From assembly GCA_964392085.1 (NCBI GenBank), contig CAYMOV010000001.1:3566-67565 (forward strand): a DNA stretch of 64,000 nucleotides, given 5' to 3'. The notes under the pieces were generated by a model. That model had not been told where the DNA came from. It did not search any database and worked only from the letters and a program-made list of their open reading frames with translations. This stretch comes from an uncultured bacterium. GTDB lineage: Bacteria > Oederibacteriota > Muellerivitia > Muellerivitales > Muellerivitaceae. A program made the position numbers and the translations under genes. Each line of letters opens with the position of its first letter. Positions within the stretch are counted from its first letter, which is position 1. Below, piece by piece: positions 17,341 to 28,897 of this stretch.

Positions 17341-17892
17341 ATGCTGGGTGTTTTAGCCAAGTACGTGATGGACATCCTGAAGGGGTTCTGGAACCTGGTC
17401 CTTGGCCTTTCGGTCACGATCAAGTACTTTTTCCTGAAAACCAACACCTACCAATACCCGGATGAGCGCCTCCCCCTGCCGGAGCGCAGCCGAAGCATGA
17501 TCAAGTTGATTTACGACGGCGAGAAGGACCAGTTCAACTGCGTGGCCTGCATGATGTGCGCCAAGGCCTGTCCCAACAGCTGCATCAAACTCGAGGGTGT
17601 GCGGGGCGCCGACGGCAAGCGCCGCGTCACGACGTTCCAATTGGACTTCTCGACCTGCATCTTCTGCGGGTATTGCGTCGAAGCCTGCGGGTTCGACGCC
17701 CTGACGTTCGTGTCGGAGGAATACGAGAATTCGGTTTACCACCGCGGGAGCCTCTTGCAGGACGAACAGGCCATGAAATGGGTCCGGCCGTCGCACCTGT
17801 CCCCCCCGAAGGAAGAAAAACCGGTCGTGGCGGTTCCGTCGGCCCCTTTAGGAGCGTCTTCGGTACCGCCGGCCCAGGGAGCGTCCGCCTGA
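17341..17892 (+). CDS. nuoI: NADH-quinone oxidoreductase subunit I (2x[4Fe-4S]).
   Basis: Two CxxCxxCxxxCP ferredoxin motifs (CVACMMCAKACP, CIFCGYCVEAC). Confidence 0.95.
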   Translation: MLGVLAKYVMDILKGFWNLVLGLSVTIKYFFLKTNTYQYPDERLPLPERSRSMIKLIYDGEKDQFNCVACMMCAKACPNSCIKLEGVRGADGKRRVTTFQLDFSTCIFCGYCVEACGFDALTFVSEEYENSVYHRGSLLQDEQAMKWVRPSHLSPPKEEKPVVAVPSAPLGASSVPPAQGASA

Positions 17893-18407
17893 TGTCCAAC
17901 GCGATCTTTTACGTCCTGTCAGCGATCGTCGTTTTGTCCGCCCTGATGGCGGTCACCCAGCGCAACCTTTACCATTGCTCGCTTTACCTGGTGCTGTCCC
18001 TTTTCGGGACCGCCGGCGTGTTCCTTTACCTGGGGCAGGAGTTCCTGGCCGCCGTCCAGATCCTCATTTACGTGGGGGCCGTCACGGTCCTCCTGATCTT
18101 CGGGATCATGCTGACCCGACAGGTGATGGACGCACGGGTGAAGACGATGAACAAGCAGGTAGGGATGGCCTTCGTGGTATCCGCGGGGATGGTCCTGGCC
18201 ATGGTCAAGGCCTTCGGACACGGCGTCCCGAGGATGACTTCCTTGGGGAGGGGCCAAGGCGCCGGTTGGGGCGGTGATGTCGGTTCCCTGGGGTTGGCAC
18301 TCTTGAGGCCCGACCAGGGGTTCGTCTTCGCCTTTGAACTGCTTTCCTTCCTCCTCCTTTCGGCCTTGGTGGGCGCCATCGTGGTGGCCCGAAAGGAGAA
18401 CGACTGA
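17892..18407 (+). CDS. nuoJ: NADH-quinone oxidoreductase subunit J (171 aa).
   Basis: MSNAIFYVLSAIVVLSALMAV... ND6-like. The ATG overlaps the nuoI stop (ATGA). Confidence 0.9.
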   Translation: MSNAIFYVLSAIVVLSALMAVTQRNLYHCSLYLVLSLFGTAGVFLYLGQEFLAAVQILIYVGAVTVLLIFGIMLTRQVMDARVKTMNKQVGMAFVVSAGMVLAMVKAFGHGVPRMTSLGRGQGAGWGGDVGSLGLALLRPDQGFVFAFELLSFLLLSALVGAIVVARKEND

Positions 18408-18721
18408 TGGACTCGGGCATTCCGATGGAACACTTCCTGGTTTTGGCCGCCCTTCTGTTTGGGATCGGCCTTTTCGGCGTCCTCGCCCGCAAGAACGCGA
18501 TCGCGGTTCTGATGGGCATTGAGTTGATGCTGAACGCCGTCAACATCAATTTCCTGGCGTTCGCCCGGGAGTGGGGCGGCGGCATGGCGGGGACTGTTTT
18601 CGTGGTCTTTGTCATCGCCGTGGCTGCGGCCGAGGCGGCCGTCGCGCTGTCCATCATCATCGCCATCCACCGCCGGTTTAAGAGCGCCAACGTGGACGAA
18701 GTCGATCACCTGAAGAACTGA
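18407..18721 (+). CDS. nuoK: NADH-quinone oxidoreductase subunit K.
   Basis: 104 aa ND4L-like, 3 TM helices. 1-nt overlap with nuoJ. Confidence 0.9.
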   Translation: MDSGIPMEHFLVLAALLFGIGLFGVLARKNAIAVLMGIELMLNAVNINFLAFAREWGGGMAGTVFVVFVIAVAAAEAAVALSIIIAIHRRFKSANVDEVDHLKN

Positions 18722-18751
18722 CCGTGGACCCGTTACTCCTGGAGGATTCGA

Positions 18752-20668
<1,917 letters not shown>

Positions 20669-20675
20669 GGAACCC

Positions 20676-22286
20676 ATGACCTCCCAAGCCATAAGCCTTC
20701 CCGATGAAAGCCGCGCGACCCTGTTGGCGGGATCCCTGATCCCGGGGTTGCTCGGTTATTTCCTTTTGCCCCGCCCCGAGGCGGGACAACTGGCCGTACC
20801 CCTGTTGTCGTTTTTCGTGGTCCTGCCCATGCTGGTCTCGTTCCTCATGATCGTGGCGCCGGGAAAGAGCTACCGGTGGCTGGGCCTCGCGGTGAGCGCC
20901 TTGACCGTCGGGATGTCGATCCGCCTTTTCGGCTTCTACGGGCAGGCCCCCGCGGGTTTTCAATTCACCGAACAGGTGCCTTGGCTCTCCAACCTCGGGA
21001 TCAACTACATCGTGGCGGTGGACGGGATCAGCGTCCTGATGGTGATCTTGACCTCCGTGATCTATTTCACGGGAACCGTGACGTCCTGGAATATGGAGCC
21101 CCGCGGAAAGGAGTTTTTCGTCCTCTTCAACCTCCTGGTGGGCGGGGTTTTCGGGGTTTTCGTGAGCCTGGACCTCTTCTTCTTCTTCATGTTCTACGAA
21201 CTTGCCGTCCTTCCCATGTACCTCCTCATCGGCATCTGGGGCTCGGGCCCGAAGGAATACGCGGCCATGAAGCTGACGCTGTACCTCCTGGCGGGCTCGG
21301 CCTTCATGTTGGTGGCCTTCATCGCCATGTATTTCGGCTCCGCGGTCCATACCTTTGACCTGCGGGTCCTCATGGACCCGGTGAGGACGGCCTTCAGCTT
21401 TGGGTTCCAGAAATTCTGGTTTCCCTTCCTTTTCGTCGGGTTCGGCGTGATCGGGGCCCTTTGGCCACTCCATACCTGGTCCCCGGACGGCCACTCGTCG
21501 GCGCCGACCTCGGTCTCCATGCTCCATGCCGGGGTCTTGATGAAACTAGGCGGTTTCGGGATCATCCGGGTCGCCCTCCCCTGCATGCCCGACGGGGCGC
21601 GATATTGGCTGCCGCTGTTCGCACTCCTGACCATCGTGAACATCCTTTATGGCTCGATCGCCGCCCTGAAACAGACGGACCTCAAGTTCGTCACGGCCTA
21701 TTCCTCGGTGTCCCACTGCGGGTACGTTCTTTTCGGCATCTGCACGATGGATAAGATCGGCATCAACGGCGCCGTGATGCAGATGTTCTCCCACGGCATC
21801 ATGACGGCCCTGTTCTTCTGCATGATCGGTTTCATCTACGGCCGAACCCATACCCGGGACATCCCGAAGCTGGGGGGCCTGTTGGCGGTTTTCCCCCTGG
21901 TGGGATCCCTTTACATCGCGACGGGCATGGCTTCGGTGGGCTTGCCGGGGATGTCCGGGTTCGTGGCGGAATTCATGATTCTAGTCGGGGCCTACCAGTC
22001 GGGATATCAGCATAACTTCGGGTACTTCAAGATCCTGTTCCCCATGGCCATCCTGGCGGTGGGGGTGACGGCCATTTATGTCCTTCGGGTGCTACAAAAC
22101 GTGTTTTACGGCCCCGTGAAGGACCCCCACTACAAGGGTCTCCCACAAGCCCGGTTCATCGAGTATTTCCCGATGGCCCTGTTGATGGGGGTCATCCTGA
22201 TGGTGGGCTTGTACCCTAAACCCTTCGTGGACCTCGTCAATACCGCGGTGGGACCCTTGATCGACCACGTGGGAGGCTTTAAGTGA
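20676..22286 (+). CDS. nuoM: NADH-quinone oxidoreductase subunit M.
   Basis: 536 aa ND4-like antiporter subunit. Confidence 0.95.
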   Translation: MTSQAISLPDESRATLLAGSLIPGLLGYFLLPRPEAGQLAVPLLSFFVVLPMLVSFLMIVAPGKSYRWLGLAVSALTVGMSIRLFGFYGQAPAGFQFTEQVPWLSNLGINYIVAVDGISVLMVILTSVIYFTGTVTSWNMEPRGKEFFVLFNLLVGGVFGVFVSLDLFFFFMFYELAVLPMYLLIGIWGSGPKEYAAMKLTLYLLAGSAFMLVAFIAMYFGSAVHTFDLRVLMDPVRTAFSFGFQKFWFPFLFVGFGVIGALWPLHTWSPDGHSSAPTSVSMLHAGVLMKLGGFGIIRVALPCMPDGARYWLPLFALLTIVNILYGSIAALKQTDLKFVTAYSSVSHCGYVLFGICTMDKIGINGAVMQMFSHGIMTALFFCMIGFIYGRTHTRDIPKLGGLLAVFPLVGSLYIATGMASVGLPGMSGFVAEFMILVGAYQSGYQHNFGYFKILFPMAILAVGVTAIYVLRVLQNVFYGPVKDPHYKGLPQARFIEYFPMALLMGVILMVGLYPKPFVDLVNTAVGPLIDHVGGFK

Positions 22287-23731
22287 TCGCAACCGCCGCC
22301 TTTTCCGTCGAACTGATCCTCCTGGGGACCTCCCTCCTGGTCCTGGGCTGGGACCTTTTTCTGAAGGAAGGGTCCAAGAAGGATATCCTCTACATTCTCG
22401 CCTTCCTGGGGACGGGGGCCGCCACCCTCCTGGTGTACGACCGTTGTCCCTGGTCGACGGGCACGGCGTTCGCGGGTTTTCTCGTGACCGACTCCCTGGC
22501 CCTGTTTGGGAAGGGAATTATTCTCATCGCGACGCTCTATACTTTGGCCATGTTGGTCCGGTACTTGAAGAAAGCCGGCGAGCGATACGCGGCCGAGTTC
22601 ATCGGGATACTGCTCATCGCGTCGGCCGGCGCCACCGCCCTTGCATCGTCCCGTGAGATCATCACGCTTTACATTTCCCTGGAGACTCTGACCATCTCGA
22701 GCTATCTCTTGGCGAGTTTCGCCAAGAAGGACGCCGCCAGCAATGAGGCCGGGATGAAGTACCTGTTGTTGGGGGCCTTTTCGACCGCCCTGCTCCTCTT
22801 CGGCTTCAGCTACCTTTATGGCTTGACTGGGACCACCATGATCGAGGAAATGGCCAGCCGCCTCCGGTTGATGCCCCCGGGGCCCTTGGGGGTTTTCGCC
22901 GTGATCCTGGTGGTGGCCGGATTGGCTTTCAAGATCGCCCTGGTTCCTTTCCACATGTGGGCCCCTGATGTCTATGAGGGGGCGCCGACCCCCGTCACGG
23001 CTTACCTGTCGGTGGCCTCCAAGACGGCGGGATTCATGGCCTTCATCCAGCTATTCGTCTTGGGACTGACAGTGCCGGGGTTGGAGGAGGTTTGGATGGG
23101 CCTCTTCGGGGTGTTGGCCGTCCTCACCATGGCGGTCGGGAACCTCGCCGCGATCCCCCAGACCAACATCAAGCGCATGATGGCCTTCTCATCCGTGGGG
23201 CAGGCCGGTTACATCATCCTGGGGATCTTGGCGGCGGATAAGCTGGGGATCACCGCGGTGCTTTATTACCTCTTCCTTTACGCTTTCACCAACTTTGGGA
23301 TTTTCTACTCGATCCAGCTGGTTTCCCATAAGACCGGCAATGACCTCATCGAGGATTACGCCGGGTTGTCCCGCCGGCAACCCCTGATCGCCGCGACCTT
23401 CCTGGTCTGCCTGTTGTCCCTCGCGGGCGTCCCGCCCTTGGCTGGGTTCACGGGGAAGTGGTACCTCTTCTCCGCGGCGGTCCAGAGGGGTTATGTCATC
23501 CTGGTCTTCTTTGGCATCCTCTTCTCGGTCGTCTCGCTTTATTACTACCTGCAGGTGATCCGGAAGGCCTACATCACCGAGCCGAAGGACGCCTCCGAAA
23601 TCCCAGTCCACCCCATGGAAAAGGCGATCCTGCTCTTCTCCATCGTGATGACCGTGGTGCTGGGCGCCTTCCCGGGCGCCTTCATGCGTTTGGCGGAAGC
23701 CGCGGCCTCCACCTTCCCGGCCCTCAACTAA
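22283..23731 (+). CDS. nuoN: NADH-quinone oxidoreductase subunit N.
   Basis: 482 aa ND2-like. Overlaps the nuoM stop. Confidence 0.95.
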   Translation: MIATAAFSVELILLGTSLLVLGWDLFLKEGSKKDILYILAFLGTGAATLLVYDRCPWSTGTAFAGFLVTDSLALFGKGIILIATLYTLAMLVRYLKKAGERYAAEFIGILLIASAGATALASSREIITLYISLETLTISSYLLASFAKKDAASNEAGMKYLLLGAFSTALLLFGFSYLYGLTGTTMIEEMASRLRLMPPGPLGVFAVILVVAGLAFKIALVPFHMWAPDVYEGAPTPVTAYLSVASKTAGFMAFIQLFVLGLTVPGLEEVWMGLFGVLAVLTMAVGNLAAIPQTNIKRMMAFSSVGQAGYIILGILAADKLGITAVLYYLFLYAFTNFGIFYSIQLVSHKTGNDLIEDYAGLSRRQPLIAATFLVCLLSLAGVPPLAGFTGKWYLFSAAVQRGYVILVFFGILFSVVSLYYYLQVIRKAYITEPKDASEIPVHPMEKAILLFSIVMTVVLGAFPGAFMRLAEAAASTFPALN

Positions 23732-23739
23732 ACCGCCCG

Positions 23740-24195
23740 ATGGGGGGCCCCCTTTTCCCGGTTTTCCTCGACCTGCGTGGGAAGCGCTGCCTGGTGGTCG
23801 GGGGGGGGAAGGTTGGGCTCCGTCGCGCGGGGAAGCTCCTGGCCGCAGGGGCTTGGGTCCGCCTGGTCGCCCCGGTCCTCGGTTCCAGTCCCCCAAAAAC
23901 CTCCGCACGATTGACGGTTCACCGCAGGCCCTTTCGGCCCTCCGACCTGAAGGGAGTGCGGTTGGTATTCGCCTGCACGAATGATCCCCGGGTCAACGCG
24001 GCGGTCGTCCGACGGTCCCGTCGTTTGGGCCTCTGGGCCAACCGGGCCGACGCGAGGGATTCGGATTTCATCCTCCCGGCCGTGGCGACGAGACGGGGCG
24101 TGATGGCGGCCTTTTCAACCTTAGGGCGTTCGCCTTCGTTGGCGCGCCGTCTTCGGATAGAATGGTCCCGTCCCCAACGGCGGACCAAAGACTAA
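23740..24195 (+). CDS. Precorrin-2 dehydrogenase-like protein (siroheme synthase N-terminal NAD-binding domain, SirC/Met8-like), 151 aa.
   Basis: LRGKRCLVVGGGKVGLRRAGKLLAAGA Rossmann motif and VFAxTNDPxVN block typical of the CysG N-terminus/SirC. Shorter than full SirC, so it may lack the ferrochelatase part. Confidence 0.6.
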   Translation: MGGPLFPVFLDLRGKRCLVVGGGKVGLRRAGKLLAAGAWVRLVAPVLGSSPPKTSARLTVHRRPFRPSDLKGVRLVFACTNDPRVNAAVVRRSRRLGLWANRADARDSDFILPAVATRRGVMAAFSTLGRSPSLARRLRIEWSRPQRRTKD

Positions 24196-24213
24196 ATACC
24201 CAGGGAGCGCCCC

Positions 24214-25047
24214 ATGGCTTGGTCCGGCTGGATCCTTGTTTTAACCGCGGGTTTTTACCTGGGGGCGACCTGGTCCGCGATGGGTTATTTCCGTAATTGG
24301 AACCTGGCCCAGGACGTGGCGGCCGGACGGTTCTTGGCCATGGGCATCACGGCACATATCGTCTTCCTGGGGATCCGCTGGGTCCAGACCGGTTTCATTC
24401 CCCTCACGGCCTTTTCCGAGGTCCTCGCGGTTTTGGGCCTGTGCCTTTCCATCGGGTTGGCCTTGACTCGGATGCGGGTGCGCATCCCGGTGCTCTCCTC
24501 CCTGTTCCTTCCCCTGATCGTTCTTTTCACCCTGGCCTCCCTCGCGGCGGGTCCCACCCCCGGGCCGGAGATCCAGCCCCAATTTAAAACCACCCTCCTG
24601 GCCGTCCATATCCTTTGCAACCTGTTGGGTTATTCCTACTTCACCCTGGGGTTCTTCACGGGTTTGGCCTTCTACATCCAGGAAGGCCGGCTGAAGGAGC
24701 ACAAGATCCAGGCTTGGACCTTCCATCTTCCTTCGCTTGAGACCATGGACGGATTGACGGTCCGGTTCACGGCCTGGGGATTCGTCTTCTGGACCTTCGG
24801 CATCGCCCTGGGGATCCTCAACGCGGTCAAGACCGAATCCAAACTGCCGGCCTACGACCCGAAAATCATCAGCGCCTGGTGTGTCTGGGGGCTTTACGCC
24901 CTGTACTTCGCCCTTCGCTGGGGCCTCCGCATGCGCGGCAAGAAGGCTTTGGCTTTGGCCGTGGCGGGATACCTCCTGTCCTTGTTCACCTTCTTCGGGG
25001 TCAAACTCCTCATGACGACCCACCACACCTTCGGATTGGGTTCATGA
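24214..25047 (+). CDS. HemX-like cytochrome c assembly-family membrane protein (277 aa).
   Basis: 8 predicted TM helices. Size and position immediately upstream of hemA match Bacillus-type HemX (CcsA-like family). Confidence 0.6.
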   Translation: MAWSGWILVLTAGFYLGATWSAMGYFRNWNLAQDVAAGRFLAMGITAHIVFLGIRWVQTGFIPLTAFSEVLAVLGLCLSIGLALTRMRVRIPVLSSLFLPLIVLFTLASLAAGPTPGPEIQPQFKTTLLAVHILCNLLGYSYFTLGFFTGLAFYIQEGRLKEHKIQAWTFHLPSLETMDGLTVRFTAWGFVFWTFGIALGILNAVKTESKLPAYDPKIISAWCVWGLYALYFALRWGLRMRGKKALALAVAGYLLSLFTFFGVKLLMTTHHTFGLGS

Positions 25048-26327
25048 AGGACCGGTTCATTGTTTTCGGCCTGAACCATTCCACCACCCCGGTGGAGGTG
25101 CGCGAGAAATACGCGCTTCCGCCCGAAGAGGCGCGTTTGGTCGTCGAGTCGCTGAAACCGGACGCCGCCGAGGCCGTCTTCCTTTCCACCTGCAACCGGG
25201 TGGAGTTTTACCTTCGAACGGACCGGGCTGAGGAAGCCATCACCCGGGTGCGGACCGCCCTGAACGCCAAGCACAAACTCAAGGATTCCGACGCGGCCAA
25301 GTATTTTTACCGGCACGACGGGGTGGACGCATTCCGGCACCTGTTCCGTGTCGCCGGTTCCCTCGACTCGATGGTGGTGGGCGAGGCCCAGATCCTCGGG
25401 CAGGTGAAGGAAGCCTACCGGTCCGCGGTGGAAGCCGGGACCGCCGGGCCGTTCCTCAACGGAGTTTTCCAAAGGGCCTTCTCGGCCGCCAAACGGGTCC
25501 GCAGCCAGACCGACATCGCCCGGCTCCCGGTTTCCATCTCCTCGGTGGCCGTGGACCTGGCTCTCAAGATCTTCACCCGCTTGGATGAGCACCGGGCGCT
25601 GGTTTTGGGCGCCGGGGAAATGAGCGAGAACACCGCCAAGCACCTGGTGGCGGCTGGTGTGGGGAAGTTTTGGGTCGCCAACCGGACGGTCGAGAAGGCC
25701 CGCCTCCTGGCCCAGAACCTGGGAGGCCAAGCCATGAGCCTCGCGGAGGGCCTGGAGCGGCTCCATGAGGCTGATATCGTCATTTCTTCCGTGGGCGGGG
25801 ATCAACCCACCCTCACGTCCGAGGTGGTCCGATCCGCCATGGCCAAGCGGCGGGGAAAGCCCCTGTTCCTCATCGACATCGGAGTCCCGCGAAACATCGA
25901 GCCCGAGGCCGGTCGGGTGGACTCGGTTTACCTCTTCAACATCGACGACCTGTCCCAGGTGGCCCAGGCCAACCGGGACGCCCGGTCCAAGGCGCTTTCC
26001 CAGGCCGAGACCGTCCTGGACCAGGAGATGCGGGAACTCCTGGCCTGGCTGAATAACCTGGCCCTGGTGCCCACCATCACGGGGCTGCGGGAAAGGATCG
26101 AGTCCCTCCGATCCCATGAATGGGAGGAATTCCTGAAGAAAAACCCGGACCTGGCCCCCAAGGACCTGGAAAGGTTGGAACGCCTGACCCGATCCATGGC
26201 CGCCAAAATGCTCCACGAGCCTACGGTGCGGTTGAAAGGCCTGGAGGACGAGTCGGACCGTTTTCTTTACGCCAAGGTGCTCAGGGAGCTATTCGGCCTG
26301 AACCCCCCGCCGGGGTCCGCGTCATGA
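25044..26327 (+). CDS. hemA: Glutamyl-tRNA reductase.
   Basis: MKDRFIVFGLNHSTTPVEVREK..., STCNRVEFY active-site motif, NADPH-binding GAGEMSE. ATGA overlap with the upstream gene. Confidence 0.92.
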   Translation: MKDRFIVFGLNHSTTPVEVREKYALPPEEARLVVESLKPDAAEAVFLSTCNRVEFYLRTDRAEEAITRVRTALNAKHKLKDSDAAKYFYRHDGVDAFRHLFRVAGSLDSMVVGEAQILGQVKEAYRSAVEAGTAGPFLNGVFQRAFSAAKRVRSQTDIARLPVSISSVAVDLALKIFTRLDEHRALVLGAGEMSENTAKHLVAAGVGKFWVANRTVEKARLLAQNLGGQAMSLAEGLERLHEADIVISSVGGDQPTLTSEVVRSAMAKRRGKPLFLIDIGVPRNIEPEAGRVDSVYLFNIDDLSQVAQANRDARSKALSQAETVLDQEMRELLAWLNNLALVPTITGLRERIESLRSHEWEEFLKKNPDLAPKDLERLERLTRSMAAKMLHEPTVRLKGLEDESDRFLYAKVLRELFGLNPPPGSAS

Positions 26328-27268
26328 GCGGTCCGATCCGCATCGGCACCCGCGGCAGCGCCCTGGCCCTGGCCCAGGCTGAGGTGGTACGCGCCCAAGT
26401 GGCGGCGTTGGTCCCCGACCGGGGCGCGGTCCTCGAGATCTACAAGACCTCCGGCGACCGGTTCTCCATTGACGCTCCCGAGGCACCCCCCGGGCCCCAG
26501 GACGTCCAAGGCCTGTTCACGAAGGAACTCGACGAAGCCTTGTTGTCGGGGAAGATCGAGGCCTGCATCCACAGCCTCAAGGACGTCCCCACGACCTTGA
26601 CGCCGGGGATCGCCTTGGCGGCCGTCCTGGTCCGCGAGGATGTTCGCGACGCCGTGGTGGCTGCCAACGGCGGTTCCTTCCGGGACCTACCCAACGGCTC
26701 CCGCATCGGGACCAGTTCGCCACGCCGCACGGCGCTCCTCCGCAATTCCCGGCCCGACGTCACCGTGGCGCCTCTCCGGGGAAACCTCGATACCCGCCTC
26801 CGCAAGCTCCGGGAGGGCCATTACGACGCCATCCTGGTGGCCACGGCGGGCCTCAAACGATTGGGCCGGGGCTCCGAGGCGACCGGCTACCTCGATCCCC
26901 CGGAGTTCCTCCCCTCGCCGGCGCAAGGCGCCCTCGGGTTGACCGCCCGATCCCGCGATCCGGAGACCCTGAAAATCCTCTCGGCCCTCAACGACCCGGA
27001 CACCCGCGCCTGTGTAGAGGCCGAACGCTCCTTCCTCCGGGCTCTCCGGGGCGGTTGTTCGGTCCCGGTGGGGGCCTACGCGAAACGCGAGGGCGACCGA
27101 ATGACCCTCTGGGGCGTGGTGGCCTCCATGGACGGCAGTGAGGCGGTAAGGCGGTCCGTCGAGGGCGAACTGTCCCAAGCGGTCCGAATGGGCGAGGATT
27201 TGGCCGACTGGTGCCTTTCCCACGGAGCCGATGACATCCTGCGGACCGTCCGGAAGGACCGGTCGTGA
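26324..27268 (+). CDS. hemC: Porphobilinogen deaminase (hydroxymethylbilane synthase).
   Basis: IRIGTRGSALALAQA start, conserved HemC domains. ATGA overlap with hemA. Confidence 0.92.
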   Translation: MSGPIRIGTRGSALALAQAEVVRAQVAALVPDRGAVLEIYKTSGDRFSIDAPEAPPGPQDVQGLFTKELDEALLSGKIEACIHSLKDVPTTLTPGIALAAVLVREDVRDAVVAANGGSFRDLPNGSRIGTSSPRRTALLRNSRPDVTVAPLRGNLDTRLRKLREGHYDAILVATAGLKRLGRGSEATGYLDPPEFLPSPAQGALGLTARSRDPETLKILSALNDPDTRACVEAERSFLRALRGGCSVPVGAYAKREGDRMTLWGVVASMDGSEAVRRSVEGELSQAVRMGEDLADWCLSHGADDILRTVRKDRS

Positions 27269-28785
27269 AGCCGGGTCGTGTCTACCTGGTGGGCGCGGGT
27301 CCCGGGGATCCTGGTTTGTTGACCCGCCGAGGTGAACAGGTCCTGGCACGGGCCGACGTGGTGGTCTACGACGCCCTGGTCGGCAAACCCCTCCTCCGGT
27401 TGGCGCGGCCGGGCGCGCGGCTGGTTTCCCGGGCCCAATGGACCGGCCCGACGGGCCAAAGAAGGATCGAGCAGGCGCTGGTACGGGAGGCCCGGAAGGG
27501 CTTGACGGTCGTGCGGCTCAAGGGCGGGGACCCTTTCGTGTTTGGGCGCGGCGGGGAGGAGGCTGAGGCTTTGCTTAAGGCCAAGATCCCCTACGAAGTG
27601 GTGCCGGGCGTCACCTCAGCCATCGCGGTGCCGGCCTACGCCGGAATACCCGTAACCCATCGCGGCCACAACTCCTCCTTCACCGTAGTGACCGGCCATG
27701 AGGACCCGTTGAAACCCGGGTCCCGCATCGACTGGAGCCACCTCGCCAAGACCCAAGGAACCCTGGTGTTCCTGATGGGACTGAAAACCCTGGAGCTGGT
27801 CTGCGCCCGCCTGATCCGAGCAGGCATGGCCCCCGCCACCCCAGCGGCACTCATTGAAAAGGGAACGACCGCCCGGCAGCGCGTCTACTCAGGCACCCTC
27901 GCGACCCTTGCGGTGATCGTCCGGCGGGAAGGGGTCCAGCCCCCGGCCGTCTTGGTGGTGGGGGATGTGGTGGATCTGAGGAAGACACTCCGTTGGTGGG
28001 AAAAGAAGCCCCTCACGGGCCTCCGAATCCTGGTGACACGGGAACAGCCCGAGCATGATGTCACCCCCTTGCTGGAGGACGCCGGAGCCGAAGTGATCGG
28101 ACTGCCCGCGATCGAGCTTCAGTACAGCCGACTCGGGGGGGAAACCTTCCTGAAGGACCCGGCCTCCTACGATTGGGTGGTACTGTCCAGCGCCCGGGGC
28201 GCGACTTGGTTCAAATTGCGAATGACGGAATCCGGCCTGGACGCGCGCCGACTTGCGAACACCCGTTTCGCCTGTGTGGGGGAAGCCACCGCGGGGGTCC
28301 TGGGCGTTTTTGGGATCCGGGCCGACTTGGTCCCCAAGAACTTCAGTCAGGAGGGCTTGGTCCGCTCTTTCTCCCGGACCGACCTTCGAGGCAAAAAGGT
28401 GCTCTTGGCCCGCGCCCAGGAAGCCCGTGACGTCCTACCCCAAGCGCTGAAAAAAATGGGCGCGAAAGTGGAACTCTGGGATCTTTATTCCACCGGGATC
28501 CCAAAGGATTCCCGGCAGGCGGCCCGTCGCCTCTTTGCCCAAGAGGGCGGGGCCGACGCGGTCCTGTTCGGTTCCTCCTTGGCGGTGAAGAACTTCTACG
28601 GCTTCTTCAACCCCGCGCAACGTAAGAAATGGTTGTCGGACCTGGTCGTGGCCTCGATCGGACCCGTGACCTCCAAGGCAGTTCGGGCCCAAGGGGGCCG
28701 GGTGGCGGTGGAACCCAAGAAATACACCTTCCCGGCCCTGGTGGATTCCCTGGTGGCCTGGGCCCAAAAGCGGAAAAAATCGTAA
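27265..28785 (+). CDS. Bifunctional uroporphyrinogen-III C-methyltransferase / uroporphyrinogen-III synthase (CobA-HemD fusion), 506 aa.
   Basis: N-terminal SUMT (VYLVGAGPGDPGLLT, tetrapyrrole methylase fold) and C-terminal HemD-like domain. GTGA overlap with hemC. Confidence 0.85.
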   Translation: MKPGRVYLVGAGPGDPGLLTRRGEQVLARADVVVYDALVGKPLLRLARPGARLVSRAQWTGPTGQRRIEQALVREARKGLTVVRLKGGDPFVFGRGGEEAEALLKAKIPYEVVPGVTSAIAVPAYAGIPVTHRGHNSSFTVVTGHEDPLKPGSRIDWSHLAKTQGTLVFLMGLKTLELVCARLIRAGMAPATPAALIEKGTTARQRVYSGTLATLAVIVRREGVQPPAVLVVGDVVDLRKTLRWWEKKPLTGLRILVTREQPEHDVTPLLEDAGAEVIGLPAIELQYSRLGGETFLKDPASYDWVVLSSARGATWFKLRMTESGLDARRLANTRFACVGEATAGVLGVFGIRADLVPKNFSQEGLVRSFSRTDLRGKKVLLARAQEARDVLPQALKKMGAKVELWDLYSTGIPKDSRQAARRLFAQEGGADAVLFGSSLAVKNFYGFFNPAQRKKWLSDLVVASIGPVTSKAVRAQGGRVAVEPKKYTFPALVDSLVAWAQKRKKS

Positions 28786-28803
28786 TTAATAGGTCCCGAT
28801 TGA

Positions 28804-28840
28804 AACCCGTCGTTGGGATTGACGGGGTTGGTTTTATAAT
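28804..28840 (+). promoter_or_regulatory. Hairpin (AACCCGTCG...GACGGGGTT then GGTTTT) followed by a TATAAT, a possible partial terminator or internal promoter before hemB.
   Basis: Read directly in the 112-nt gap between cobA-hemD and hemB. Confidence 0.3.
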
Positions 28841-28897
28841 GTCCTCACGAAACTTGGACTTGAGTCCGGGTGAATGGCCGAACGAAAGAGGGATTCC